Source of the DNA: Octopus vulgaris
Lineage: Eukaryota
DNA length: 64,000 nt
Assembly (NCBI GenBank): GCA_951406725.2
Contig: OX597822.1
Coordinates: 59,396,001-59,460,000, forward strand
Reading direction: 5' to 3'
The notes beneath the pieces were generated by a model. It worked only from the letters and a program-made list of their open reading frames with translations, did no database searches and had not been told where the DNA came from. Shown here piece after piece: positions 38,173-53,294 of this stretch. The stretch's first letter is position 1; every line of letters starts with the position of its first letter. Made by a program: the position numbers and the translations under genes.

Positions 38173-39280
38173 TATGTATTTGATGAAAGGCAATTCTGCT
38201 GTAATACTTATTTTATCGGGGACGGTAAAATGAGTACCAGTTGAGCACTGGGGTCGATATAATCGATTAAACCCTTCCCTCGAATTTGTACCAAAATTTG
38301 AAACCAATATATATTTGAGGACAATTTTGTCGCTTTAAAAGAACATCTCAGGACTGAAGCCAGAGAAAATGTGGAAGAAATGGCGAAAATGTTCGCATTA
38401 TTCTTAATAGAAATATAATTATTTATTGTATTAATTATCGTTGTTTGAAAAGAACTAGGTTCAATTAGATTAACCATAAGAGAGCTTGGTTATATTTCGG
38501 AAATAAAAACACCAGGAACAAAAGGAATTGTTGCTGAGGAAGTTAAATCTGATAGAGATAGAGTGTGATAAAATCTGAGCTTAAGCACTTAGAGTTAGAT
38601 AAGTTGGTTCCAAAACTATGGCAAGATACTGTTGTGATATGTATTTCTACGAAGTGTAAATCAGAAAATGATAATATCACAATATTATGATATTTTTTTC
38701 CCTTTTGAAATAGTTTGTAAAACATTCTGATGATTTCACTCTATTTCCTGAACCTATCTGGGCAAATGCCAATGTTATTTTCATCTAGGAAACCATGACA
38801 CATTCAACAAGGTTATGTTAGAGGACATTTGTTAACGAGCTGGAGTACCCAGATAATACTGTAAATATTGTTCCATATTTACAGCATGAAATAAACATTT
38901 GGATACACACACACACACACGCGCATATTAATAATTGACCGAATTTCCATAGTAAATACTATAAAGATAGAAGATATACCGAAGCGTGACATTCTTATAA
39001 TGTTGTTTTGCTAATAAGTTTATATTTAGGCCACTGGGTTGGTAAACTTGATCGAGCGATGCAGAGAATGATTTACCGTAGTTAGTTATGGTCCTTTGCA
39101 TTTTAAGTTCAAACTGCGCTGAAATTTACTTCATATTTCATTCATCCGAGATCGATAAAAAAATATGTTAGTTACGTATTGGTATTAATTTAGTCGACTA
39201 TATCCATCTCCCAAATCTGAGACATTCCATCTATTTTAAAAATCGTTATATGTTTATATAAAATGTTTCTCTTTCCTCTT

Positions 39281-39528
39281 TGCGCCCTTTTAAAGCCTAG
39301 CCAGGCTCCTGGGTCCGGTTTTCCCGGTTTCAATGGCGTGTGTGTTACCCAACTGGACGGGACGACAGTCCATCGCAGCGTTACTCATTTTTGCCAGCTG
39401 AGTGGACTGGAGCAATGTGAAATGAAGCGTTTTGCTCAAGAACACAACGTGTCACCCGGTCCAGGAATCGAAACCACAATCTTACGATCATGATGCTGAC
39501 ACCCTAACCACTAAGCCACGCGCCACCA
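39281..39528 (-). mobile_element. SINE family C variant
   Basis: Matches 48687-48932 in reverse. Confidence 0.85.
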
Positions 39529-40786
39529 CATACTAAATTTTAAAAAGTTGAAAAAAGTATTTGTTAGTAGATGGCTGAAGATGTGAGGTCGAACAGTGGA
39601 AGTTGCAAATGTGCGGTCATTAGGCTGACAGATAGGAGAGTAAGTACAAAGATCTTCGAATAGAGGGAAATTAGGTTTTGGCTAAAGACACATCAGTTAT
39701 TTATACATGTTATGGGTCAAAAACATTGTGTCTGCCGACATATGCAACGTCAACAACTACAAAAGATAATGCAGTTGGTTGAACTACGGGAGTACTCATC
39801 GCCGAAACCAACAGAAGATCGATTTACTTCTTTATTTATGATACATTATGTGTATATGTATATCTGTTTATATGTATGAGTAGATTTTAGTGTTTATTCT
39901 TAAATGATTACCCAATAAAAAGATTGAGAAAGAAAGAAAAAAATCTAGGGATTGTTTTGTTTATGTCATCCTCTAAATTTTAATAGAACTTCTTTCCAGT
40001 TTAAATTCACCAGTCACATTGCTACGAACAAGACACTTTACTCAGATGCACACGCATATAGCTAATACTCACATATACACATATATGCATGCATGCATAC
40101 ATACATACATATATACATACATACATACATACATACATACATACATACATACACACATACTACCGCTGTAGTTAGAATTGTTAATAAAATGGACCATTGC
40201 TTTTTATTATTGCACCTTTTATATTCTGAATTACTACAACTTAGTTCCCGCTACTTTACAAAGTCTATCAAACATTTAAAGCTGAAGCATTAGTGGTGTG
40301 TTTGAAAATACGGTATGTGAAAGAATTTAACATTTATTTCCTTTGAATTCAAACAAATCTGTATCATTGTTCATTAATGCCCCTAAATTTCAAAGCCCTT
40401 TCTGAAAAAGGGTGCATATTTATATCCTTTGGAAATGGTTTAAGGTTTAAGTAATGGGATTTTGTTAGATCTAACTTTTTGTTAAACCAATTTGTTGATT
40501 GAAAACTGTGATATGCTGCAGGTACACAACATATAATTTCAATTTTTTCTTAATTTCTTTTAGAAGTGAAGATGTTAGCGCTTGTAAATATATTCGATAA
40601 TAGGTTTCAAGTTTTACAACTATTACTATATTTTCTAAGCTTTGCAGATTTCTCATGATCAGAGTGGATTTACGGATGTTTGTTACAATATAGTTAAAAC
40701 ACATATTAAATCATCATTCATAAACCATATGAAAGGACTTACCCAATATCTGTTATACTTCCTGTCATCATTAGAAACTGTTAACA

Positions 40787-41190
40787 GGCGTGACTGTGTG
40801 CTAAGAAGCTTACTTCCCAACCACATGGTTCTGAGTTCAGTCATTGCGTGGCATCTTGGACAAGTATTTTCTGCTATAGCCATGAGCCGACCAATTTGGT
40901 AGACTCCTTGTGATTGGATTTGGTAGACGGAAACCGAAAGAATCCCGTCGTATGAATGTATATATATATATGTATGTATGTGTGTGTGAGTGTTTGTCAT
41001 CCACCATCACTTAAAAACTGGTATGCGTGTGTTTAGGTCCCTATAATTTAGCGGTTAGGCAAAAGCGACCGATAGAATAAAGTATTAGGATTAAAGAAAG
41101 TACTGGGGTAGATTCATTCAACTAAAAATTTCAAGGCAGTATCCCAGCATGGCCGCCGTCCAATGACTGAAACAAGAAACTAGAAAAAAA
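40787..41190 (+). mobile_element. SINE family A, diverged
   Basis: Head, body and tail recognisable. Confidence 0.8.
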
Positions 41191-42252
41191 GGATAGTCAT
41201 CATTTAGTATAGCTTCAGATCTTGTTTTCACCTAATAAAAGTACAAAATTCACTGAATACCAATAGATATGACATTTAAAAAATCAAACATATATATATA
41301 TATAAAAAACTCCAAATAATTACCCTTTGATCCATTTTAACTCAGTTAAGCCGGAAATTTAAGATAGTGGCACAGTTCGGTGCTCTAACGATTTGCCAAT
41401 CTACTGCTATTACCAAATAACAATAATTGTTTCTTTATTAGTCACAAAGACTACAAAGATACAATAAAGCACAATGAACAGTCAACAGGGGTCTTACAAA
41501 TTACATAATTGCAAATAAACTTTACATATAATGGCAAAGAGGAGATAAAATACGTTAGATAAGGATATGTGAAGATGCTATATACAAAGACAGAAATAAT
41601 TTACGTCTTGGAAAAAATGCTTTCTTCAATTTGATATAATAAAAACGGCTTATTGTTTACCGAAGATCGAGACATTATTAGGAACGATTCTTTGTATATT
41701 TTCATACATAAATTAATGTATCGTTGCCTCACCTAAAACCTGACGTATTGCATTTGGCTTCTATTTCTAGTAGGGACTAGCAACTATGCTGAGACTACCT
41801 CATATGACTCACCCTACACATGTCAACTATCGAGAAAAAGTTCCAGATATTTGGCGTTATAATACCAATAGGAAATCGGTGTAGAAGTGGTGATATGGTA
41901 CTACTTGTATATATGCTACATAATCAGTAATAATCTGATACTTTTAATCCTAAAGTCGTTCTAGAAACGATATCTATCTTTTATGATGTCGCATTCTGTA
42001 ATGTATAAAAAGAAACAAACCAGCCTTAGTATTTCGGAACAGCATACCAATGTGAACAATAATCCTTTTAAACGTATATATGAAATATCGTATTCGTTAC
42101 TTGATATTTCAAAATAAACTTAAGAATAATAGTGGAACATCATGTTCTCATAAACACTCACAGGCACAATTTCAGTGGTATTCTACTAAAATGCTATTAT
42201 TTCATAGAAGTGTTTGAAAAGCAAAGTTATAACTTGCTAGGACAAAATCCAG

Positions 42253-42467
42253 TTTACTCTTTACTCTTTTACTGGTTTCAGTCATTTGACTGCGGTCATG
42301 CTGGAGCACCGCCTTTAGTCGAGCAAATCGACCCAGGACTTATTCTTTGTAAGCCCAGTACTTATTCTATCGGTCTCTTTTGCCGAACCGCTAAGTGATG
42401 GGGACGTAAACACACCAGCATCGGTTGTCAAGCAATGCTAGAGGGACAAACACAGACACATAAACAT

Positions 42468-42536
<69 letters not shown>

Positions 42537-42701
42537 TACGACAGGCTTCTTTCAGTTTCCGTCTACCAAATCCACTCACAAGGCTTTGGTCGGCCCGAGG
42601 CTATAGCAGAAGACACTTGCCCAAGATGCCACGCAGTGGGACTGAACCCGGAACCATGTGGTTGGTTAGCAAGCTACTTACCAAACAGCCACTCCTGTGC
42701 C
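42253..42701 (-). mobile_element. SINE family A
   Basis: Full-length, well conserved. Confidence 0.9.
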
Positions 42702-42993
42702 TACATGTTTAAATTACTGCACCGTAGCCGACACACTGAAGCATTGCCTTGAAAGGGTCAGTCGATAAAATCGATCACAGCATATATTTCAGCCTGTAAC
42801 TTTATTCATCGTTTCTATTTGTCGAACCACTGGTTAACAGAAAAATGAAAGGGTGCAACGTAATCGACATACACTTTTAAGATCGGTGTAAACATAAACA
42901 CAGAACAAAAGGACGTACATTGACATGGGCACGAATGCACACACACAAATACAAAAATACATAGTCACGCGTTTATATATATATATATATAAA

Positions 42994-43090
42994 CGGTCTG
43001 GGAATCGAAACCGCGATCCTACGACCGCGAGTTCGCTGCCCTAACCACTGGGCCATTGCGCCTCCGTATGTATGTATGTATGTATGTATG

Positions 43091-43135
<45 letters not shown>

Positions 43136-43495
43136 GCGCGCGCACACACACACATAAAAACACACACATATATATCTGTATGTATATCACGTGAACACGT
43201 GATTGACCAGGCTATCTGTTGTTGCTACACATCGCTGGTTACAATGCGCTTCGCATTGCTTTAGCCTTCAAATGACGCCACCCCGCTAGCTAAGCGAGCA
43301 GGCCAACAGAAGAAAGTGTGAGAGAGAAGAAAGAGCGAAAGAGTACAGCAGGGATCACCACCACCCCCTGCCGGAGCCTCGTGGAGCTTTATGCGTTTTC
43401 GCTCAATAAACACTCACAACGCCCGGTCTGGGAATCGAAACTGCGATCCTATGACCGCGAGTTCGCTGCCCTAACCACTGGGCCATTGTGCCACC
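42994..43495 (-). mobile_element. SINE family C head fragment plus longer variant
   Basis: GGAATCGAAAC.GCGATCCTA.GACCGCGAGTTCGCTGCCCTAACCACTGGGCCATTG occurs twice. Confidence 0.8.
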
Positions 43496-44048
43496 GTATG
43501 TATGTATATATATATATATATATATATGCACACACACACACACACATGCACACACACACACACACACGCTTGCACATGTACATACATATGGCAGTTCTTT
43601 GTAGAGCTGTGCTGCTATAGAGTGCATTCACAAGTGGTGAGTAGCAATTACGGACCAACAACGGTAACATTTATAAGACCGCAGCGTGCCAAGCGATAAC
43701 ATTGTTAGATCGATATAAGTTCAGCATAAAACATGTGATTGGACTGTGACTGTAACGCTGGGTCAAGAATGCGAGGGTCGGGACAATGTTTATGTCTATT
43801 GGTAACTACAAAAATACTTTAAACAGGAGCGAAGGGATCGTGCATAAAGAAAGGTTATTTTTGATATCGAGTTATACTTGTTTGCATGTGACAACCGAAC
43901 GAGATATATCACAAGGCGCAAGTTCCATTTACCCAGTTTCATTCGCAAGTTACTGGTCAACACAAGGTTTCAATAGAAGAAATCCAAAATGAAGCACAGC
44001 GGAATTGAACCTGAATTGAAGCTAATTTCTAAAAAATCTGAACAACGA

Positions 44049-44440
44049 GGCGCAGGAGTGGCTGTGTGGTAAGTAGCTTGCTAAGCAACCACATGGTTCC
44101 GGGTTCAGTCCCACTGCGTGGCATCTTGGGCAAGTGTCTTCTGCTATAGCCCCGGGCCGACCAATACCTTGTGAGTGGATTTGGTAGACGGAAACTGAAA
44201 GAAGCCTGTCGTATATATATATATGTGTGTGTGTTTGTGTGTCTGTGTTTGTCCCCCTAGCATTGATTGACAACCAATGCTGGTGTGTTTACGTCCCCGT
44301 CACTTAGAGGTTCGGCAAAAAGAGACCGATAGAATAAGTACTGGGCTTACAAAAGAATAAGTGCCGGCGTCGAATTGCTCGACTAAAGGCGGTGCTCCAG
44401 CATGGCCGCAGTCAAATGACTGAAACAAGTAAAAGAGTAA
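44049..44440 (+). mobile_element. SINE family A
   Basis: Full-length. Confidence 0.9.
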
Positions 44441-44964
44441 CACAGCCACGTCTGTACCTGTAGTTTGTTTTATGTTTCGAAAATAAAAGATTTAGGAATA
44501 AACAGCTATCAAATATCATCCACCTTCTGACAAGTTGTTTTCATCTCTCACATATATTATATAAGAGGCTAGTGAAAGCCTTCAAAACTATCAAATTCCA
44601 TCTATCCATACTAGGTTACCTTCGATCTCGTCTTTCTTTCATTCTCTACCACCTCCTCACCTTCCATTCTCTCTCTCACACACATACATACATGCACCAC
44701 ACACACACACACACATGTATATGTTTGTATGTATGTGTGCACACATATAAGTATATGTGTATGCATGCATATATATATGTATATATATATGCATTTACAT
44801 ACATACATGCACACACATATACATACATATTTAAGAATTATGAAGTGTATTACAGATATACTTTATGTAATGCTAACATTATATGATATAGAAACTCCAG
44901 TAAGTCGTAGAACCCAACCCGTGAAGAAACTTACTAGACCGTCAACGTTATATATATATATATA

Positions 44965-45384
44965 GGCGCAGGAGTGGGTGTGTGGTAAGTAGCTTGCTAA
45001 CCAACCACATGGTTCCAGGTTCAGTCCCACTGCGTGGCATCTTGGGCAAGTGTCTTCTGCTATAGCCCCGGGCCGACCAATGCCTTGTGAGTGAATTTGG
45101 TAGACGGAAACTGAAAGAAGCCTGTCGAATATATGTATATATATATATATGCATGTGTGTGTGTTTGTATGTCTGTATTTGTTCCCCTAGCATTGCTTGA
45201 CAACCGATGCTGGTGTGTTTACGTCCCCGTCACTTAGCGGTTCAGCAAAAAGAGACCGATAGAATAAGTACTGGGCTTACAAAAAGAATAAGTCCCGGGG
45301 TCGAGTTGCTCGACTAAAGGCGGTGCTCCAGCATGGTCGCAGTCAAATGACTGAAACAAGTAAAAGAGTAAAGAGTAAAAGAGT
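44965..45384 (+). mobile_element. SINE family A
   Basis: Full-length. Confidence 0.9.
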
Positions 45385-46119
45385 ATATATACACACACGC
45401 ACATATATGCACACACACACCTCCTGGCATGTACTTATGCGTCCTAACTTATATTCTTGCCAGTAGCGCATTCTGAATGTGATTTTCACCACTTTTTCAA
45501 GGCAATTGTTATTTTTCGTATCGTTAATTTGTCAGCCTCTAATCAATATCACTGACTGGATATTGGTGGTTAAATGAGCAACTATCTTCAGTTCAATTTT
45601 GTTGATCTTGTGAATAGTTGCCTGAATAAGTAGATGTACTGCGTATATTTTCGCTTATACTGCTCGTTTGTTTAATTCATATACATATGTACATAATTCG
45701 ACTCCAAATGGTGCAGGCTCAGATCAAAAGACGTTTTGATTCGAAACTCTCTACTCCTATCCACAGCTCAAAACGATGTTTACGACGACGACAACAACAG
45801 CAACAACAATAATGATTCCTAACAAAGGAAAAGGTCATAAATTTGGGATCACATAGCACCCGTTCCCCCCTCTCCAAACACAATAGCTGCATTCGCCTTA
45901 TTGTACAGCTTCTGATGGATGAAGGACGAAGAGAATGCTGTGGAAATTTAACGAATAACGTATAAACAAGATAAATAAATATTGGTCTCAAATTTCGGTA
46001 CAAGATCAACATCGACTCCAATGCTCTGCTGGTATTTATTTTATTGAGCTCGAAAGGGATGAAAAGAAAAGTCGGGCACACACACATACACTCATACATA
46101 CATGCATACATACAAACGT

Positions 46120-46168
<49 letters not shown>

Positions 46169-46209
46169 TATATATATATATATGCATATACATATATATT
46201 TTTTTCTAT

Positions 46210-46588
46210 AGGCACAAGGTCCGAAGTTTTGGGGGAAGGGTAAAGTCGATTAGATCGATCCCAGTTAGCAATTGGTGCTTAATTTATCGACCCCGAAAGG
46301 ATGAAAGGCAAAGTCGATCTCAGCGGAATTTGACCTCAGAACGTAAAGACAGACGAAATACCTATTTCTTTACTACCCACAAGGGGCTAAACACAGATAG
46401 GACAAACAAGGACAGACAAACGGATTAAGTCGATTACATCGACCCCAGTGCGTAATTGGTACTTATTTAATCGACCCCGAAAGGATGGAAGGCAAAATCG
46501 ACCTCGGCGGAATTTGGACTCAGAACGTAGCGGCAGACGAAATACCGCTAAGCATTTCGCCCAGCGTGCTAACGTTTCTGCCAGCTCA
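46210..46588 (-). mobile_element. SINE family B dimer
   Basis: Reverse cores plus head. Confidence 0.85.
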
Positions 46589-46890
46589 CTGCAGAGTAAT
46601 ACATACATATGTGTATGCACACGCGCACTGACGCACACGCATACGCACAAAAGAAAAAAAAATGAAATAACGCAGTTCCGATTACGGACAGAGTCAACGA
46701 CTATTGAAAAGGTTGCAAGACGCAACGAAAATTTTAGTAAAAATATATAAGTTGGTGAGCGGAAATCGCGCCGGTGATTGTGTTAAATCATAAGGCACTA
46801 AAAGAGAATGACTCTCCTCAGATACAATAAAATATGCTTAAACTCACGAATTCAAATAAAGAATCTTGCTAACCAGATGCACAAAAACGA

Positions 46891-47288
46891 GCGGCGAGCT
46901 GGCAGAATCGTTAGCACGCTGGGCAAAATGCTTAGTGGTATTTCGTCTGCTGCTACGTTCTGAGTTCAAATTCCGCCGAGGTCGACTTTGCCTTCATCCT
47001 TTCGGGGTCGATAAATTAAGTACCAGTTACGCAGTGGGGTCGATGTATTCGACTTAATACCTATGTCTGTCCTTGTTTGTCCTCTCTATGTTTATCCCCT
47101 TGTGGGTAATAAAGAAATAGGTATTTCGTCTGCCGCTACGTTCTGAGTCCAAAGTTCGCCGAATTACATCCGTTCGGTGTCCATTAAATAAGTACCAGTT
47201 ACGCACTGGGGTCGATGTAATCGACTTAATCCCTTTGTCTGTCCTTGTTTGTCCTTTCTATGTTTAGCTCCTTGTGGGCAATAAAGAA

Positions 47289-47290
<2 letters not shown>
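46891..47290 (+). mobile_element. SINE family B dimer
   Basis: Head plus two cores. Confidence 0.85.
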
Positions 47291-47319
<29 letters not shown>

Positions 47320-47829
47320 TACAAATGTGTATATATGTAGGTAGGTCGGTAGTTATGTATCTATATATTTATGTATGTATTCGACGGGCTCTTTTCGGTT
47401 TCCGCCGACCAGATTCACTGATAAAGTTTTTATCTCCCCTGGCTACAGTAGAAAACTCAGGCCCGAGGTGCAGTGTAGTGGGGCTGAACTCGAAAGCATT
47501 TAGTTACGAAGCGAGATTCTTAATCATACACCAATGCCAACGCTGATACAATCCAACCCCACCACACGCATTTACATTATTCCGCATTTCTTCGCTTAAT
47601 TGAAAATCCACATTTAACACTGAAAACTCCTCCGAGATTTACTTTGTTTACATTTCAACACTTCAATCATTTTAAATAAACATATTGAATTTTTTTTTTT
47701 AAATTTCATCTGCTAAAAATATTGAAATTCATTTATAACTTCTTCATATAACTTGGCAGTTACAGAAATAAAACTTGCAATCACCTCACACCGTTCAACT
47801 GTACCATTACCTGCCCTTCATACCTGATC

Positions 47830-48228
47830 TACTCTTTTACTTGTTTCAGTCATGTGACTGTGGCCATGCTGGAGCACCGCCTTTAGTGGAGCAAATCGAC
47901 CCCAGGACTTATTCTTTGGAAGCCTAGTACTTATTCTATCGGTCTCTTTTACTAAACCGCTAAGCCACGGGGACGTAAACACACCAGCATCGGTTGTCGA
48001 GCGATGTTGGGGTGACAAACACAGACACACAAACATATACACACATACACATATATATACATATATACGACAGACTTCTTTCAGTTTCCGTCTACCAAAT
48101 CCACTCACAAGTCTTTGGTCGGTCCGAGTCTATAGTAGAAGACACTTGCCCAAGGTGCCACGCAGTGGGACTGAACCCGGAACCATGTGGTTAGTAAGCA
48201 AGCTACTTACTACACAGCCACTCCTACG
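47830..48228 (-). mobile_element. SINE family A
   Basis: Full-length. Confidence 0.9.
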
Positions 48229-48455
48229 CGTATGGTAGCAGTATACGAGCTTCTCTTTGCATTTTTCTGCTGAAAAAAACCTTCTCTTCATTTTCTAAAG
48301 TAAAAAAATTAAAAAGAAGTGAAATCGTATCTGTCCTTTATAAGCATTTGATGTTCACCCTAACATTTCGCATTGTAAACATTTTATTTTCTCATTTTTA
48401 TCTTCTTTCTTTCACAGTGAGTTGATTCTGGAATACATTTGGTTATTGTTTATGA

Positions 48456-48609
48456 TGTGGTTGTCTCGTAAGAAGTTTGTTTCCCGACTACATGGCTCAG
48501 GGTTCAGCTCCATTGCTTGGCACGTTGGTCAAGTGTCTTCTGTTATAGTCCCATGCTGACCAGTGCCTTGTAAGTGGGTTTGGTAGATGGACACTGAAAC
48601 AAATCTGTC

Positions 48610-48655
<46 letters not shown>

Positions 48656-48931
48656 GTGTGTGTGTGTGTGTGTGTGTTTAATATGTGGAGGCGTGTGGCT
48701 TAGTGGTTAGGGTGTCAGCATCATGATCGTAAGATTGTAGTTTCGATTCCTGGACCGGGCGACGCGTTGTGTTCTTGAGCAAAACACTTCATTTCACGTT
48801 GTTCCAGTCCACTCAGTTGCCAAAAATGAGTAACGCTGCGATGGACTGGCGTCCCGTCCAGCTGGGGAACACATACGCCATAGAAACCGGAAAACCGGGC
48901 CCATGAACCTGGCTAGGCTTTAAAAGGGCGC

Positions 48932-49028
<97 letters not shown>

Positions 49029-49222
49029 ATGTGTGTTGTGCATGTGCATGCGCGCATACGTGTCTGTTTGTGTTTGTTTTCACGACCATTTGATAAACGG
49101 TGTACATTTGTTTATGCCCCCATAACTTAGCGGTTCAGCAAAAATGAACGATAAAGTATGTATCATGTTTAAAAGCAAAAATAAGTGATGGACGTCGATC
49201 CGTTCAACTAAAATTCATCAAG
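48456..49222 (+). mobile_element. Old SINE family A with a nested family C SINE (48687-48932) in its microsatellite
   Basis: A-family head 48456-48610 and tail 49060-49222 flank the C-family copy and its (ATT)n tail. Confidence 0.75.
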
Positions 49223-49237
49223 GCAGTAAAAGATAAA

Positions 49238-49308
<71 letters not shown>

Positions 49309-51144
49309 ACAGACACGACACGCACGCGCGCGCACACATATGCACACGCGCGCACACAGGGTCTAGAATTCCACCCCAAAATATTTAATTTGTTTTTGGC
49401 ACCGGACTCTAAGTCCTCGAGTCACTTGTTATTGCTTAAGCCTCTCAGTTAATAAATGATCTATATCAACTCCTTTATATATTGCATTCTATTTCTCCCG
49501 GTTATAAAACGAAACTTTAAAAAATGAATTTGTATATACAACCCCCACCCCACACATGAATAATGGTGAAATGAACTTGTTAACCAAATGACCGTGCTCC
49601 ATATAACTCTGTCCTTCATAACTTTCGTTCCCTTGACAAACACATTTCGATTCCGATGCATATGTACTGTGCGTGTATCTTCTGACTCAAATTTTGCAAA
49701 TAAATTAGAAAGAAACAGCGCAGAAGCCAGTGGGATCGGCTGTGGATGCAATTCACGAACCAGCCCTGTCACACATCCTGCCACACGCCCTGTCAAACTG
49801 ATTGTATCTGAGGATCATGTTAAAGGTACAAGTCCCTCCGGAATACTTAGTCATTTACAATTTAATACAATGTGCAAATGATTATATAGATACAGCCATA
49901 TTAAACTTCATTCACAGCGTTCTAAAACATTTTAATTCTCTTCTATGACAAACCCTGCCTTATTCTCTAGAATTAACTTCTCCTCGTGTTACCGCACAAA
50001 GTTTTATTAAGTGTAATTTTTTTGGCACAATCAATCACTCCCATTCTGGTTTTTCTATTTTTGCTTTTTATCGTATATTCAACTGCCTAGATCAATTGCC
50101 AAAGTTTGTTTTAAATCACATATACAAAACACGATATATTCGAGTTTATATATTGTAGAATACAACTATAATTATCGAACAATAGTTATATAATCAGCTC
50201 TATTTGGCCTATCCTCTGTGCGCATTAAAGACATTAACCGCTACTTTATTCTCAATGTCTATATTCTTTGGAAATACAACGGGTTGTGCAGGTACCGGGT
50301 GGACATATACATAAGTTTACATGTCCACACACACACACATACACACACGCGCGCATTCTCCCATTATCTCTCCTCCCCTGTGTGTGTGTGTGTGTGTGTG
50401 CTTGTGTGTGTGCGTGTGTTTGTGTGCAACAATGTAAGTCAAAAGAATTCTAATATATTTAAATATCATTAAGCCTCTTTGTGATCTACATAATAAAAAA
50501 AGACAACCATTCTATGCTGGTGGTGAGCGGGAAAAAGAGGTGGGTGGCGGTCTCCTGATGGACCGTTTTACGCTTTGTTGACTGCTCCTAGATAAAAGGC
50601 ACGGTTTTTCCTTGATCAAAAGTAAAGATCAGTTGCATAAATTTAGTTAGCAACGTGATGGATAGCGAAATTTGCATCCCTGTGCATTTGATGGTTCGTC
50701 ATTAATTAAACATTATCTATTTTTACAGCGTAAATTAGCATAAATCAGTGTAAGTCAGAATAAACAGTTATTGCCTTATTAATGACGAGCCGTCAACTTC
50801 AACTCTTTGAAAAACTTTGTGCTGTTGAAATATATAAAATCTAAGTTCCAGATCTTCGCGACCAGAACAGTTATAAGATTGTCCATTTTGTTTGTCAATG
50901 TCTGAGCCTCAAGTCATGTTTCAGATTTCTGTTCCAAGTCACATTCAGTATCTCTGAGTGCTTTTTGAATGCAGTTGCATTCATTTGCAACCTTGTAGCA
51001 CCACATCGTGCTGATTAGCGAGTATCTAAGAAGAACTTCATAGCGTTCTCTCTTTTTATTGCCTTCAAAAGTCTGCATTAGATTTTCCCATCTGTGATAA
51101 GTATAACTGCTTGTCACTTCCAGTATTACGAGATTGTTTTAGAT

Positions 51145-51795
51145 CAGTGGTTCTTAACTTTATTGGAGGCACTGGACCCTGCATGCTTCATTAGTGCATT
51201 CACCGAATCCTTCGGATGGAAAGATAAAATATGATTTCTTCAAAACTTAGGTATATATTTTATTAGTGCACAAAATGAACCGTGCATCATTTGCACACAA
51301 AATGAGTGTTCAAAGCATAAATTTTGCACAAAAATATAACTCAATGAATATTTACTGCAAATAAATGTGACTTTTGTTGTTGCTTTCAGATACAGGTTCA
51401 GAAATGTGCGGCTTCACTTTGGCAAATGCCGCTTTCATATCATTTTCGCAATAAATTCTGTTCCTTTTCTTAGTTTTCATGTCTAGCATCCTCGGAAAGG
51501 ATTGCTCGCAAAGATACCTTATAACAAACGGTGTCAGTATCTCAAGGGTTTTCTTAGCAATCAGAGGGTATGGTGCGATTTGATGAGTATTGTTTCTTCT
51601 GAAGAGTTGCTGTTGAAGCTGGCTCTGGTGAAGTTCAATGGTTTCGTTGAGGTGTTCATCGTTGACGTTCTGCTGTCGCAACACTAAACGCGAGAGGTTG
51701 TTTCAGCCATGGTGTATATGACTCTCTGGTGGAGAAATTGCACGGCAATTGCTTGCTTCAGCTCCCCAGGTACAGAAATGTTTTAATGCAGCTCT
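51145..51795 (-). mobile_element. hAT (Charlie/Buster-like) transposon 3' fragment
   Basis: TIR-like CAGTGGTTCTTAAC; YPLIAKKTLEILTPFVIRYLCEQSFPRMLDMKTKKRNR..ENDM matches the hAT dimerisation motif. Confidence 0.8.
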
Positions 51796-52091
51796 GTCAT
51801 ATCACCCCTACTCTCCTAGCTCACATTCTTTTACCCCTTCCCTTCCCATCTCTTCTTATTCCTCCCTCACACCTCTCCCATTCTCTCATTACATTATCTT
51901 GACCACCAACTAATACTCCTTTCTCACTTCCTTCACCCTTCCTTCACTTTTTCACTCTTTGTTTTTTTCTCTCCCCTTTCTTTTTTCTCTCTTATTTTCT
52001 TTTCCTGTTTTAATTTTGACCTATCTCCTCTTTCTATTCATACACAACTTTCCTCCCTCCATCTATCCAGTTATCGAGGTAATCAAACCTT

Positions 52092-52152
52092 GATAACTGA
52101 AGAGATGCCGAAGCAGGTTTCCGTGCCGACATCCGAAACTCGGAATCTTATT
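52092..52152 (+). ncRNA. Type I hammerhead ribozyme motif after a pyrimidine-rich tract
   Basis: GATAA-CTGAAGA-GATGCCG...CCGACATC-C-GAAAC-TCGGA-ATC-TTATT. Confidence 0.55.
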
Positions 52153-52187
52153 ATAGCAACCGAATAATTGTCACATTATATTACACA

Positions 52188-52240
<53 letters not shown>

Positions 52241-52404
52241 GCGTGTGTGTATACATAGACCCTTACATACATACATACACACACACACACATACACAAAA
52301 ATACACACAAGCGCACATATGTATGTTGCACGTCTGTACATAGATGCAGACACATACACAGACATACACACGAACACGCAGATGTATATAGGCATTCTAC
52401 CATA

Positions 52405-52646
<242 letters not shown>

Positions 52647-52745
52647 ATTTTACTCTGCTATGTATTGAGTACCTTACTTACTGTGGTTAACCCCGAATCA
52701 ACCCGGGACCTACATATATATATATATATATATATCTATATACAC

Positions 52746-52827
<82 letters not shown>

Positions 52828-53013
52828 GCATGTATGTATGTATGTATGTAATTTTTATACACTATAAAGCTTCTAAAGTAAACATTTTGTATTTGCATTC
52901 AACAATCTGGGGCAAAAATAACGGAAACACTAACAGGAATCACAAACAAACATTTATACACACATAGACATATACACATATATGTATCTCTGTCTGTTAC
53001 TCTCTCTCTCTCT

Positions 53014-53057
<44 letters not shown>

Positions 53058-53098
53058 ACACACACATATCCACATATGTATGTGTGTGTGTTAATATG

Positions 53099-53135
<37 letters not shown>

Positions 53136-53244
53136 GTATACGTATATATATATACATAGGAAAAATTTATTTTTTTAAAAGAAACAGTTAAATAAAAAAC
53201 TGTTTCTTATAAAAAAAATTGTCCTTATGGATGGCGACTTTTAT

Positions 53245-53294
<50 letters not shown>

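Noticed and set aside
49461-49881. Overlapping 111-aa and 97-aa ORFs
   Set aside because: No recognisable motifs; cannot be supported as coding
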